A stretch of DNA of 64,000 nucleotides from Tubiluchus corallicola. Its lineage: Eukaryota; Animalia; Priapulida. The notes under the pieces are model-generated. The model had not been told where the DNA came from. It saw only the letters and a list, made by a program, of their open reading frames with translations, and ran no database searches. Shown here one piece after another: positions 48,101-61,787 of this stretch. The stretch lies in contig JAQGDQ010000037.1 in the NCBI GenBank assembly GCA_030141605.1, forward strand, positions 682,001-746,000, in the 5' to 3' direction. Position 1 is the first letter of the stretch. Each line of letters begins with the position of its first letter. A program made the translations under genes and the position numbers.

Positions 48101-51100
48101 AAATAAAAATAAATTAAAGCAGCATTACACTTTACCTAATTGGTGATGTGTTTGTGGAAACAAATTGCATTTGAATGTAGGTAAAAATCTAACTTAACTA
48201 TGTCAGTTCATATTGGTAAGGAATCATCAGTAGAAATGATGCTTTATCAGGTTTTGTGCTTAAAGGGATTTTCCACATGGTGTTCAACTGCCATCATATT
48301 GGTGATTTTGTAGTTGCAGCAGTAATGTTGCAGTAACAAATTTATTCTCCACGATGTATTGATTTTGATAATGCTAATAACACCTCTAAATGTTGTGCAC
48401 ACTTCATATCTTATGCGTTATGAAGAGTTTGCAACTGCCTAAAGCTAAACAGCCTAATCACTGTCTAGGGTCATGTGCATTACTTATGTTGACATGTTAA
48501 TTAACTTTGGTGGAATAAATTGCCTCTGTGCGTGTCAACATTGTATCAAAATTGGATGTAGGGCACTATTGGAGGATCCTCTTTGGTAAACATGCTACCT
48601 GTTGACGATTGTTTGCCTTCTTGTAATGGCTACTGTTTTAAGTCAAATTGTCTTTGAAGTTTCCAGCAGAACATATCGAAAAGCCGCCATTGGCCAATTC
48701 TAATAACAAGAGTACATGCTCCACCTGGGATGACAACACAAATGCCTAAGACAACCAAACCACAAGGACAGGTATTGTTCGTGTAGAATGGATGATCCCA
48801 AAATACTATGATAGCCACAACAACTGTTTGGTTTGAACAACTACAATTGGAAAAAAACTTTTTTAAGTGTTCTATTTAAGCTATTTAATTGTGCGGCTGA
48901 AAAAAATTATACATGCTTGCATAATTTAACCTCCTCTACATTATAGCTTTGAGTGTGTCCAGCTGTATAAAAAAACAAAAGACTATATAATTTTAAATTT
49001 TGTAATAACCTTTTAATTTGCTAGATTTGTGTTTAATGTAATAGGTAAGGTCTCTGTCTTTCGGACACTAAAGTTTATTCTGAAATTTTATTGTACTTCA
49101 TTATTGGGGGTAAGCAAGCACACTCATAGAAACCCTATAGTTTTCACAAAGTAATCATCAATTAAGAATTTACACTTTACTGGCATTGGTGCGGTGACAA
49201 CAATGGCTGGCAAATCATTCCATTATTTTCTATTCTCACTGTAAATTAATATTTATGAATGACGAGATGCGACCGCTCTTTAAAAAGTTTTAAACTATGT
49301 CTTATAGTTTTTAAATCAACAACTAAATTAAAGAAATTTTCAGGCAAAATGTTTTCTTGACATCCTGGACAGAATTTTATAAATCTCAATAAGATCGTCG
49401 CAGTATCTTAATCCAAGTATGGTTAAAATTTATACTACGTATCAATGTAGTATTCTAAAATAGCTTTATTATGCCATTTTCCTGGTTATAGTTATGATTA
49501 AAATATGGCAGTGGGGTTAATGTAACTTGGACAGTCGTGGACATATAAGGTTCTTCTGTGGAACAGAGCAATGAAATTTATTGCATTTTTGCGGCTCAAC
49601 AAACAGTTCGAACAATTTTTCACACATTTAGAAGTCTAACTAGCTACTGACACACAACGTCAAGATTGCCTTTGAAGTTTTTCTGGTCAAAACAGTAAAG
49701 TTCTGGTCCTGTTGCTGATAATTTTAAGCAATTGTTTAGTCTGAATTTTTGCCGAAAGATGTTACAATTCTCAGCCTTGACTTGGTTTTCATCGCAACTT
49801 GATAACAACGGGGCAAATAACTTACACGTTGCAACTAACATGCCACAAGATGTTTAACAGAAGTTTATCGCTCATATATCCGTTTTGGTAAGATACTGTT
49901 AAAAAAGAATGCCCAAAATTACTAGAAAAAAGCAATCCCAAAGTTAAAAACATGAAAACTGAAGAAAATAACATGTCATGGGATGGAAATCAATTCTGGA
50001 AACATTGCGAATAGATAGGATTGCTGCTTAACACAGAAGATGATATCAAAAATAGGAAACAAGGGCAATGTACGGTTTTGTCAAAATTAAATCAGTTCTC
50101 ACCAGCAAGAAACTATCCCTCAAAACAAGGCTGAGATTCTTTAATGTAACTAGTATCTTCATGTACAACAGTGGAATGTGGGACTTAACTGCAATGCAGG
50201 AAGCAGAAAATAAATGTATCTCACAGAGGCCTTATCTGAAAAATCTTAAAAATAATATGGCCATATATTATTTCAAATGAGCAACTGTATAATAGTATCA
50301 TAGAAGAACATTGGAGCACTAAATTCAGAATCAGAAGACTAAGATGGGTAGGACATTTAAAGAGGTTGCCAGAAACAACACCAGTAAGATTAGCATTAAA
50401 CGAGGCACTGAAACCTACTAAACAAACTCCAAACCAAAAACAACCTGGATATCAGGAATTAAAGATTTACAACAGCTGGAACCAAACCTAATAATAGATC
50501 ACGGAAATTGAAAATATTAGCTGCAGGCAGGAAACAGTAGAGTGCTCTAATAAAGGATAGAGGCTCTATGTCTACAATAGATGTTTAGAGCAACAGAAGA
50601 AGAAGAAGAAGAAGTTCATTGGGGAGAGTTGGCGTAGATCCTTGATTCTCTTCAGTCAAGCAAATGTTGCCTTAGCAAGGGCTTGTCCTTTCAGAGATCA
50701 GTCCTTCACTGTTGTAAGTCATAAGGTGCATCCTGCAGCCAGCTGTGTACTGGAAAGCCACAGAATAGGTAATAGCTGTAAACTATGATCTGCACTGTGA
50801 TGAACCCAGCTGTAACTGTGTACAGCGCCTGTTTGTAAGATGGGAGCGACCGGTTTATCCGATCTCTGAACTCAGCTGATCTTTAAAACATAAGTTTCGG
50901 TCTGGACAGTAGAGCCACGTCAAACTCGACGACATTTAATTTTGAATGGTAGAGATAGGAACGATATGTGGCATATAACCTACAAATCCCGAATTTATTT
51001 CTTTTGATAATCTATAACTATAGGCATAAACTGTATATAATGCCTGTGCAATTTTCACTCAGTTTTTGTATGGAGGTAGTTCTCAAGACATAACTGAAAT

Positions 51101-53179
51101 TGAAGCAGCATAGCTAGTTGATTGATTTTTTAAATATGTTGACTTCTTAGACTCAGAGGGCGATGTGTAATGGCCACTGAGTAAAATCGCCCAAGTTGGC
51201 ATAAAATTAGGTTAATATTGTTTTCAAGATTTTGAACCGCTTTGGATTCTGTGTAGCGTTTCTGCGGTAGCTTCTACCATCAAAGTTGCATTGATTCTAT
51301 GTAGAATCTATGTAGCTCTGGTACTTTGGGATGTCCGGATTTCCCGCGTGAGCATGTTTACGCTACATTGGAGACAGAGTGATAGGCCAATATGCTTGAC
51401 GTCAATTATATCCTATGGTTCAACTTTCGTTAATGAGCAGGCTAATTTTAATTTTTGGTTCGGTTAGTTTGCTTTAGGTGTTGGCTGTTTTATGTGCCAT
51501 AACATTATTAATTAATTTAAACATTATAACATAAGAAACCACAATCAAACCACCTGTGAGCCCACACCAAGCCAAATTAGCTGTGAAACTTAATTTCATT
51601 AAGATACTAATTTAATTTAAGTAAATATTAATTTTGCTTTTTGGTATCTCGTATAATTCGGCAGTACCTTTTGTTGCATAACTTTAAACAAATTACTATT
51701 TATGTGCTTTCTTGAACAACTTCAAATGTCAACAAGTTCAGTATAGTCCAACAAACAGTTATTATGTTACTGAAAAATGAATGCTAATCTGAATAAGCTA
51801 AACTAAACTGGTGTGACACGCTTTCTGTTTTTATGTATAGGATGCAGAGAGTTGTCATGGCATGATGTATGCTAATTTTACACCTCTGCTGTATCCAGGT
51901 GGTAAGTATTGTTCTTTGTTCTTTGTCACTTTGTGCGTTTAAACTGTATTTATTATAGTACACAAAAAATTAGAACAATACATACCTGAACAGGTGGAAT
52001 CTTATAACGGTACTAGGTGATTGGCTAACAGGTTTATAAAAAAGAACCTCTAACGTGAAGACAGTGAAGTAACTTTGTTTTGTTATACTGCAAACGAATG
52101 ACCTGCAGAGTTAACACAGTATCGTATTGGTACATTATAAACATTAGTTTTGGAAATTAGTGAAGTTGTAGAAAATTTTGATAAGATAAGATAAATAGGA
52201 TCTTTATTTAAAGGCCTATGTAACCCCAACAGACATTGAAGTTTCTTTAATGCATTATCATGATTACACAGAGAATTCATAGCTATTATTAAACAAAAGA
52301 GATTTTCTGGCAAATTTTGAATGCATGCATTGCTGTAAAGATCCCCATGTTTCGCATCTTTGTCAGGAGTGAGCCAGAAAGTGTCTTTGGTTACAGATGT
52401 TTGTTTAGCGATGTTTGGTAACCTTGTGACTGCAGTCATTACGTTGTTTGTCTCATACAACGAAAGTGGCAGTTTTTCAAATTTAAAACTGCTAACAATG
52501 AAGTGATAAAACATCAAAACAAACAAGTTTTACAGTAAGTTTATAAAAAAATAAATTGAATATTCATAATGAGATTAGGATTTTAAGTTGTGAAAGCTTG
52601 CAGTTTAGTGAGAATTTAGTTTCACTTCAAACTCGATAGCTAGGATGAGCTATAGGCTCCTTTACATCCAGGCTGAGTGTACTAAAGCAATACATAGTAT
52701 AAATAAACATAAAAAAATATGAAATACAACTTTATACAAATTTTAATTTATACAAATGTACAAAATTATCAGTGAATGAAAGATTTTCAGATTTAATTTC
52801 AACTGATAAAATGAGTTTCACTTAACGATGCTCATATTTTAATAGTTAAAAATATGTTTTTATCTACTATATCTTTGTTGTTTTTTTCAGTTACCTGTTT
52901 GCAAGGTGGCTTCAGAATTTTGGCATACAATGAAGTAGAGATGTTTGAACATACTAAGAGGGCACATCCTCAGGCAAGGTGTTTTTGAAAGCAGAAATAG
53001 CTCAATCATTGCTTTGTTTCATCCCTTATTATTTTTGTGTTGGTCAGATGTGGTAAACATACTACTTGTCAAGTTTAGGATTTTACCTTATTTTGCTCCC
53101 ACTAAACTTTATACAGGTTTATTGTATGATGGGAGAAAAGGTTAGAGGGGGAGAAATGGACAGGAGGGAGGGAGAGGGA

Positions 53180-53261
<82 letters not shown>

Positions 53262-56200
53262 TGTCAAGTCATTCAATTTGTAAAAACAACTTCATGGCTT
53301 TTCTAATATTTTAAATTAACCTTATAAGAAAAAAAATTAATTAATTTTTAATTATGTGGCATAAAAATGTTTTAAACTGAAATAGAATTGTAGCTTTCAT
53401 AGCAGTTTCATTTAATTGATATTTGTTTGGCAGACTCTGTGTTCATGCTTTGGTAAAGTAAAAATTGTTACAGATTGATGGTAAAAGCTTGACAAAACTA
53501 GGAGGATTTGCTGGTAGCATAGCTGAGAGCAAAAAACTTCCATCCATGAAAAGAGGAGTATGTATCTCTTTGCATATGGAAATCCTTTAAATGTATTAAT
53601 CAACTAATGTGCATTACATTTCTTGTTGTTTGGCATATATGCTATTCGATAAAAGAAATTAAAATTTCTAACACTGTCAGTGTATTTGTTTCTCACAATT
53701 TATTTTATTGAAATTTTTTTTGCAGGGTTCAAGAATGACAACGTGTATTGATGAAACCACAGTTCCAGGGCTTCAGCTTATAAGAGATTATGATGAACCC
53801 AGAACGTACGCTTTAATGAGATTCACTTTAGAGAAACCTCTTGTGCCTAAGAAAGAGCTGAAAACTTTGGCAAGAAAGTAAGTCAGTAGCTGCCATTAAG
53901 ATTGTTTTTACTAGCTTTTGGACTTAATGTTTCACTTTGGTTTGCCATTCGTGTTAGTTTTGTTTCTAAGTAAAATTTCCTGATTGTGGCAATTTGGATA
54001 AAAATTTGTGTATTTAAAAAAGGTACAGATAAATGTGAGAGTCAATGTTTCTCAAGATTACTGTTTAGACAAAGTACATTCAGTACACACAGATTTGCAT
54101 TGTTCTACTGTAGTAAAATGTCAAATATTTGAAATCCAGTTACGTAAAATTTCTGCTGTTTAAATTAGTTTGTGTGTTTGTGGGTGGATGCATGAGTGTG
54201 TATGTGTGTGTGTGCTTATACATGATCATGCAAATGTATATATGTTGGTGAGTCAACACACAAGTTAGTTAGAAGTGCATGTGTGCATGCGTATGTGTAT
54301 ATTTATATATGATCATATGATCATGTAAATGTGTATGAGTTGGTGAGTTAAGACACAAGTTAGTTAGAAGTGACTAAACATATTAAGTGGTCAGTACATG
54401 AGTACAATACCCACAACTAGCAACTGCCAACTTTATGAACTTTCGTGACAAAAAGTTAACTTGCTATTTTACTGTTTGTTTACTGTGTGTGTGAATCGTT
54501 GTTTTGCATGTTACAGAGTTCTAGATTATATTCATCCAAAGAAAAGATTGCCTCCATTAGAAGTAGGTGCTGACAAGGTCAGTGTTCAATTCGTTTTCTT
54601 TCACATCATTACAATTAAACACAGAGATCAGCATTTTGATATCTGAAATCATGTAGAAAATGATACCAGTTTAAGCTGTAAATGACAGCAGCAGTTTCAT
54701 TAGTGGTTCTCTGGATAAATGTGTATTGAAAAAAAACTTTACTGTCAGAATATCAATGTATAACACTATTTCTTGTACTAACTTGTGATTTGTTGTACAA
54801 AATTTAACCATTTATGGTAACTAGACTATGGCTTCTGTGGGGTACAACCGTTTATATAGAATCACACTTTCGAACAAATCAGTATAACGTTAAATAACAG
54901 TACGTAAACAATAGATCATTTATAATATCTTTATTCCACAGCTAATTTACTTACTTCAATACTGCTTTAAATCTATCGCTAATATACCGTACAAATTTTG
55001 GATAGAAGTTGATGTCGAATTTTTGGTTATAAAATCGTGATTTATACCATATAATATGTTCAAAACAGTAAATTGTTTCACTGCCTGACATACCACGCAC
55101 AGAAGCAACTGTGTTTTACAAAATTTTTTCACTTAAAGGCTAATATTTCAAACTTTCAGCACCAACAAACGAGTAATTGTGAACATTCGAAGACAAAGCA
55201 AAAGATGAGCTAACGATTTGTAAAGACGTTTTCCCCACTTTCCAATTTTAAAATGCTATGGTATTAAATGTTTGTTTATCCAAGGATTCAAGCTATAATA
55301 TGATTTGGTTTGCCTACCAAACTGACCTGTTCAATTCTCCATCAAACGCACATGTACTGAAAGTAATGCGATTAATGTAATGTAATCCTAAAAAGTTTTT
55401 ACTTCTGGTTCTTGCCATTAAGGATATATGCATGCTGTCATATTATAATCACTATTAGTAACGATATACGTATTTTTTCAATGTTTCCATAAATTAAATT
55501 CCAAGTAAATTCTTTACTTAGTTACTTGCTAACTACTTGTATGCTGTGTGTGCAGTGTTTACAGAAAATAATTTTCTTTCAAGTGTTATAACTGTGTGTG
55601 TAATTTTTAATGCAGGCTGTCGAAGAATATCACACAGAAATTATCAAAGTGGCTCAATCTCTCATCAGTGAACTCAGGTAAATATAACATTTTCATAGTT
55701 TTGCATAATCTTAGGCAGTTTGTTTATAACTGTTTTATAATTTTACTGATAGAGAATTTGCATGTGGCTTGTATTCTGCATTCACTCGACTCCGTTGCTT
55801 TATTTGTGTTGCACACTAAATGGAGTTTTGTAGATTCTTACAATCATTGCAACTGGTAATAGGAGTTTACTTTTTTAGCAAACAAGAAACGGTGCAATGC
55901 AATGCAGAGACAGCTGAGCAACAGAAACAAAAACTTATGCAGGCTCTAAAGGTGTCTGGCAAATATTTTGCATATAAAGAACAACTGAAAAATTCTGTTA
56001 TTAAAATCGTCCGGGAAAAATACTTAAGGACAACATCGTTTACAGATGATGGAGAGCTGCAGGTTTCTTTTTATTGCTTTTGCTTTGAATTAATAAAATA
56101 CGTGAGGAAATGTTTGCAAGTAATTGTGACTGGTATTTCATAATTTTTCTGCCTCATGACTTGCTTATGTAATGTATTTGTTGTTGTCTTGCTCTGCAAG

Positions 56201-59200
56201 TAACCAAGGGAAAACAGAGTTATTGCATATTAGCCTTACACCGTACCAATTGTCTTTCCATAAACACCACCTCAAGAGTGCTTCATGAGTAGATTGTAGT
56301 TTCAATTGATGATGACATTGCTGGAAGATAATAAAGCCCTTTTGATATGAATACCTAATAAAATAGAATTTCAATTTGCAGTTGCTATGGAATCTGTGTC
56401 AATTTTCTGAAAGTATTAAAAAATGGTCATGAATTACTGTTTGAAGAAACCCTGAAGTGTAACTATATGTATATATTATGTATTAAACGTAATCCCAAAT
56501 TACACGTAAGAAAAACGAAAACATGAAATAACATTATCAAACTTCGATGTGAACTATGGACTTTGAGATGTAAGCATTATTTCACAACTAGTCTGTCTGC
56601 ACCATTTTGCACTTTATTCAACATTTTTGGAATTACAGCCTGGATTGCTGACATATGTTTCAAAAATTTGTATTCCCTATTAACGTTGAGTATTTGTTTA
56701 ATGAAAAATCTGTCACATTTTTTTAAATTTTTTTAGTCACCAGAATAACTTTTGTGAGTTTATTAAAGGGAAAGAAAGTTGAAATGTGATTTATGTGCAT
56801 ATATGATGAAAATGTCCATACAAAGTTATAATTCCTTGCCTTATGCTTACCTTTTTGAAAGTCATATGTAACTGAAAAAGAAAATTGTTAATAATTTGAA
56901 ATGTTCTCACCAGCTGGGAAAACATGACAATTCACTATCCCAGTGTTCATAAAAAATGTCACTGATTCACCAAAGACATTATTAATCTTATTGACAAGGT
57001 AAAGTAATTTAATTCTTTTGCTTAGTTAATGAAATGTACGTTACGAATGTTTAGATTATTTTTTCAAACTTTATGCAATGTCATGTAAACTTGATTCAAA
57101 TGACTTACATCTTTAAAATGCCTAGTGGTCATCACATGAGTTTAAATTTTCAAGTGTTGCTGCTAGTATAAGTTCTGTGCACAATAAGGCAGTATGTCGG
57201 TGATACAAAATTTCAAGAGGATTTCTTGGCTTTATGTAAGAATACTGTTTTCTTGTGCTGTAAGTAAATTTTTATGTAGTTCAACAGTTTATGTTTCCAC
57301 AGAGCATAATTCAATTTAATGTTACTTTTCAGCACTTTCTCAGTAAGTTGTACACATTTCTGATAGATGAGATGCACGTGGGCATGCATAAAGCCATAAC
57401 ACCAGGTGGAGACACCAGCTTATCAATAGAAATTCCAGAAAGCCTAGTCTCAACTGATGCATTAACATTCTTTGCAAAAGAAGCTGAGCTAATGGGTGAT
57501 CACTTAAATGCAGAGAAATACTATACCGAGGTATGTTTCACAGTGCAAGTACTATGTTTAGCTTGAAAAATACGAAGCTGTTTGCTATTAATTTGTTCTA
57601 ACGACAAAAAATAAGTTTGTTTTATACGTAGCTGTACCTGTGTCTTTTTTTCACAATTATTAAATTGGGAGCTTCACATACTTTGTACCCAATGATACAG
57701 TAGAAAATATAGTTATTATATGAGTACCTTGAATTTATGGCACAATTTATTTTCATGCTGAAGCTATTTGACTACTAACCAAAACATAAAATCAAAAGCA
57801 GAACACAAGAATATCTATAGTAGGTGCCGTTTATTAGACTCACGGTTAATAGAATCAGTTGCTTAACTGACTCAAAAACGTCTGGTACGGGCTGCTCCTA
57901 TTCAAATGTGCCTAAAAACTGTTGGTAATTGACTCAAATAACTGCGTATAATTGACTTATTATTTTCCTTCATGTACTTAAAATAAGACACTTAAGTGTA
58001 CCCAAAATGCTTTTGCTGTTTTTATGTTATTTTTGTATCAATATTGTGCACTATGATATGCGTAGAAACGGTCATGTTAGGTACAGCTTTGTTTGTAAGA
58101 AAGTACTGTATGTTTTTCATATGCCTACTATGTTAGCAAAGCGGTTTTGCCTTGAATCTGTCACCCACTTATCCAGTGTAGTTAACCTCGTTATCACTTG
58201 CCCAGCAGTTTGCTTTTGAACTTCCCGGTACTTTTCACGAGGGAAGCAATGTGAAGAAACAAGTGTTTTGCATGAATATGTGCAGCATACATCAACAGAT
58301 TTTCATTATCATTTTCATTATCAACACTTTTATCATTATGAGAATTTCATAAATCAACTTCTTTGTGAAGAAATAAAGCAACTGACCTTGCAGGAATTTT
58401 TGTGGTAATAATCAGATTTGGCAATTTTTTGTTTTCATTTTTTATTAATTCACTTATATACATTAGTATTCCTAAATAATTGTACGTAGGAATTGACATT
58501 AATTCACCTCTAAAATCCATTTAAAGCCTTTGCAATACATATGAAGGTGACGAGTCATGACTCCCACTTCTGTAGTAGTAACTCACCCGTCGGCTAATTG
58601 AATCAGTCAGTTAATATGGTCAAAACACTTCCGAAAGTGAGTCTATTAAGTCTAGCTCATACTGTCTCTATACTCTCTCATTTTCTCTGATAAAAGTTAC
58701 ACAATGCCACACAGAATAGTAAACAGTTATTGGCAGCTTAAATATCTGTTTGTCTTTTTGATTTGTATTGTGTATGATTTGTTGTTTGTTTTTGTTTCAA
58801 GTTAATAGGCCGTGATGACAAGAGGCTGGAGAGTTGGTATAATTATGGAAAATTTTGCCTAATGAGAGACGATATGATTAAGGTAGGTGTTACTTATGTT
58901 GAATTCTTGTTAATTCATTTTTTGCCCTAACAATTTCATTGATTGGAACAGGCCCAGTTTTGTAGGTCCTGTATTTGCCTTATGTCATGATCCCCATTTT
59001 AATCAACCTTCAAAAAAGACGAATAATATAATTGCAGCTTTTAATGAATCAAAATCAAATTCAAAATCGGTTTTTAAAAATGAAGCTCTAAAGCTTGTAA
59101 AAATTGCCTTCAGAGGGCACGATTCACTTTGCAAAAATCACCCAGTAAATCAAGCTTGGATATCTAAAATAAATAAATGTGTTTAACAACTACAGTCAAA

Positions 59201-61756
59201 TTTGGTTTTAAGTTGTTACATTGCCTAACTGTAAGTATAACTTACATTGTTAATGACTGACAAGTGAAAGTGGAATGCTGTGATAAATGGTGGCATATGA
59301 ATGTCTATAAGAGACAGAATGAAGGACTAATGATGATAATGGTGGTAGTGTCAATTTTAGTAAAGCAATATCTTTAATTCACTCTACATGTACACTACTT
59401 TGTAACAGTTTGTTTTTCCACAATTGATCTTTAATTATCTCCACATTTTGCATTTGTTTATATTCACCAGCTTTTGTATCTTTATAGCTTTCAACAGTTG
59501 TTAATATTTGAAGAAAAAATAAAAGAAAGAAAACAGAAAGCCCTAAAAGTTTCTGGATATTTACTGGTATATTAATTTGTGCGATACAAAGTAGTTGTTT
59601 AATTTTAATTGATTTAATTTGTCAATTCTAATTTTTACAGGCAGAAAGTTGTTTTAAAGAATGTTTAGTAATTGACAAGAGGCACTTACAAAGGTATTGT
59701 TGTCAACTGTTAAATTTTAAATCTGTAGTTAACTAGTGGGCGACCCTGAATTCTGTTGCAATGAAATGAATTTCTGGACTCAGTTTTTTGATTGTGAAAA
59801 TTGTGTTCATTAAATTATTATTAATAATAATAATAATATAATAATAACAATAAGAAGGAGAAAAAAAGAACAACAGAACAACAACAATAATAATCTTTAT
59901 TTAAAGTTGGCTTTAAGTTCAGCAGACACAAACCTAGCTGCTGTGAGACTTTTATAAAAATTGCTTTTTACATAAACTCATATCTTGGTTTGCTGGACAA
60001 AAGCGGGGAGACGTCGGTCCGAATTTCCCGATTGTCCATATATACCGATACTAAGCTAATACAGTAGGTGCCATGTATTAGACTCATGGTAATGTGGAAT
60101 CAATCACCTAATTGTCTGATAAGTCATAAGTCATTTATTTCAGTCATTTGTGTTTCAAAAACGTCTAGTACGGGCCGCTTCTGATATACAAGCTATACAC
60201 GTGTCGTTACATGATGCTAGGTTGCACTGATGTAGTGATGTAAACAAAGTGACGGCCCGCCAACTAGTGGTCAGCTCACAAAACAACGGACCGTGTCCGT
60301 AGTATACAGGACTTTTAACTGTCCAGATTTTGTCCAATTTTTCCGATATCCATTAGAGCTCGGTCCGCCAAACCGAGACATGAGTGCACATGTAAATGAA
60401 ATTTGCACCGTTCTGCACAAAGTTAAAACAATTGGGAGGCTGCTATTAATTTCTACTACAAAATCAACTATACCAAATTGATATTGTTTATGCAGTTCAT
60501 TTTTCCATTTTTTAGGACAGAATTCTTTTCTCGCACATGATTAATAAGCTGTGTGTGTAAATTTTTAGTATGACGATGTTTGGCATTGTGTGTGCATTGC
60601 AAGAAAAGTACGACACTGCCGAGACATTCCTCGAAATTGTGACTTCAATTAACCCTACTGACATGTGTGCTTGGACGATCTTTGGTAAGCTGATAACCTA
60701 ATATTAAATAAAATGAAGAATCTGACTTTGGAGTCCCTGAATTTTTGTTTATCTAGTTTAAAAGCATTAATTACAAAGTCACAGAAGCATAATAATTACA
60801 ATAAACAGCATGGAAAATCATCATAATGAGGGCTAAATGGCTCACACAATAATGTTTAACTTTTGCCATGTTAACTTTTTCTTGGTCATGTAGGCTTTCA
60901 TGAGGTTTGCGAGTTCGGCGACTATATGAAAATTTCTGAGTTGTTTGCTATGTTCAAAATTGCTGTGCTCTCTAATTTCAAAATTCACAAAAATTCGGCA
61001 AACATTTTTTGTTGCTTTTTGAATGTTACGATGATTTTTCAACCATTTTGCGACATTTTGGCGAACCTTGGTTGTACCACACCTTTTCTGCGAAAATTTC
61101 ATGAAATACTCACACAAATATTGTGCAACATTTGCATTGTCCGAAATTCACAAAAAAATGTGGTGAAAGACGCGCAAAGTTCCCACGAATTTTTTTGTGA
61201 CAAGACACAGTCATGAGAGTATTTTGGCGATTGTTAGACTTATAAAATTTTCGATTGCAGCAAAAAATCGCGGCCTCGTGAAACCCTGGCTTTAGCAACA
61301 ATATTGTCTCATGAATTTCATGTTGTGCTGAAATGTGGAGAGAGATGAGGAAAATATCAAATATATATGTCCATACCTAAAAATAGATTCATGAGTATCT
61401 GTAGTTTTGTTCTGCTGTCTGCCTGGGCTTTTAATTTGTTTCATTTATAAATTTGTTTTTTAGTTTGCAATTGTTGTTTCAGGTCTTTACTATGAAGGGT
61501 TTGGCAATGACATTGGTGCAGAAGGAGCATTTGATGAAGCGCTCAAATTGCAGGCTGCACATTTTGTTCCTGTTGCTGATCCAGATACGAGTCAACAAGA
61601 AGATTTTCGTGTAAAAACTGGATACCAAAGTCCAGAAAAATCTAGTATTTTAACCACTCAAGTGGACAGTTGTGGTTAGTAATGTTTTTATTGTTTATAC
61701 GTAGATATGTATTGTTTGGTTAGCTGATGCTGAGAAAATGTTTTTATTTGTGTGCA

Positions 61757-61787
<31 letters not shown>

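Noticed and set aside
52083-52526. 147-aa antisense ORF in a CFAP70 intron
   Set aside because: No recognisable motif, a non-ATG start and no splice context. Treated as chance or repeat-derived.
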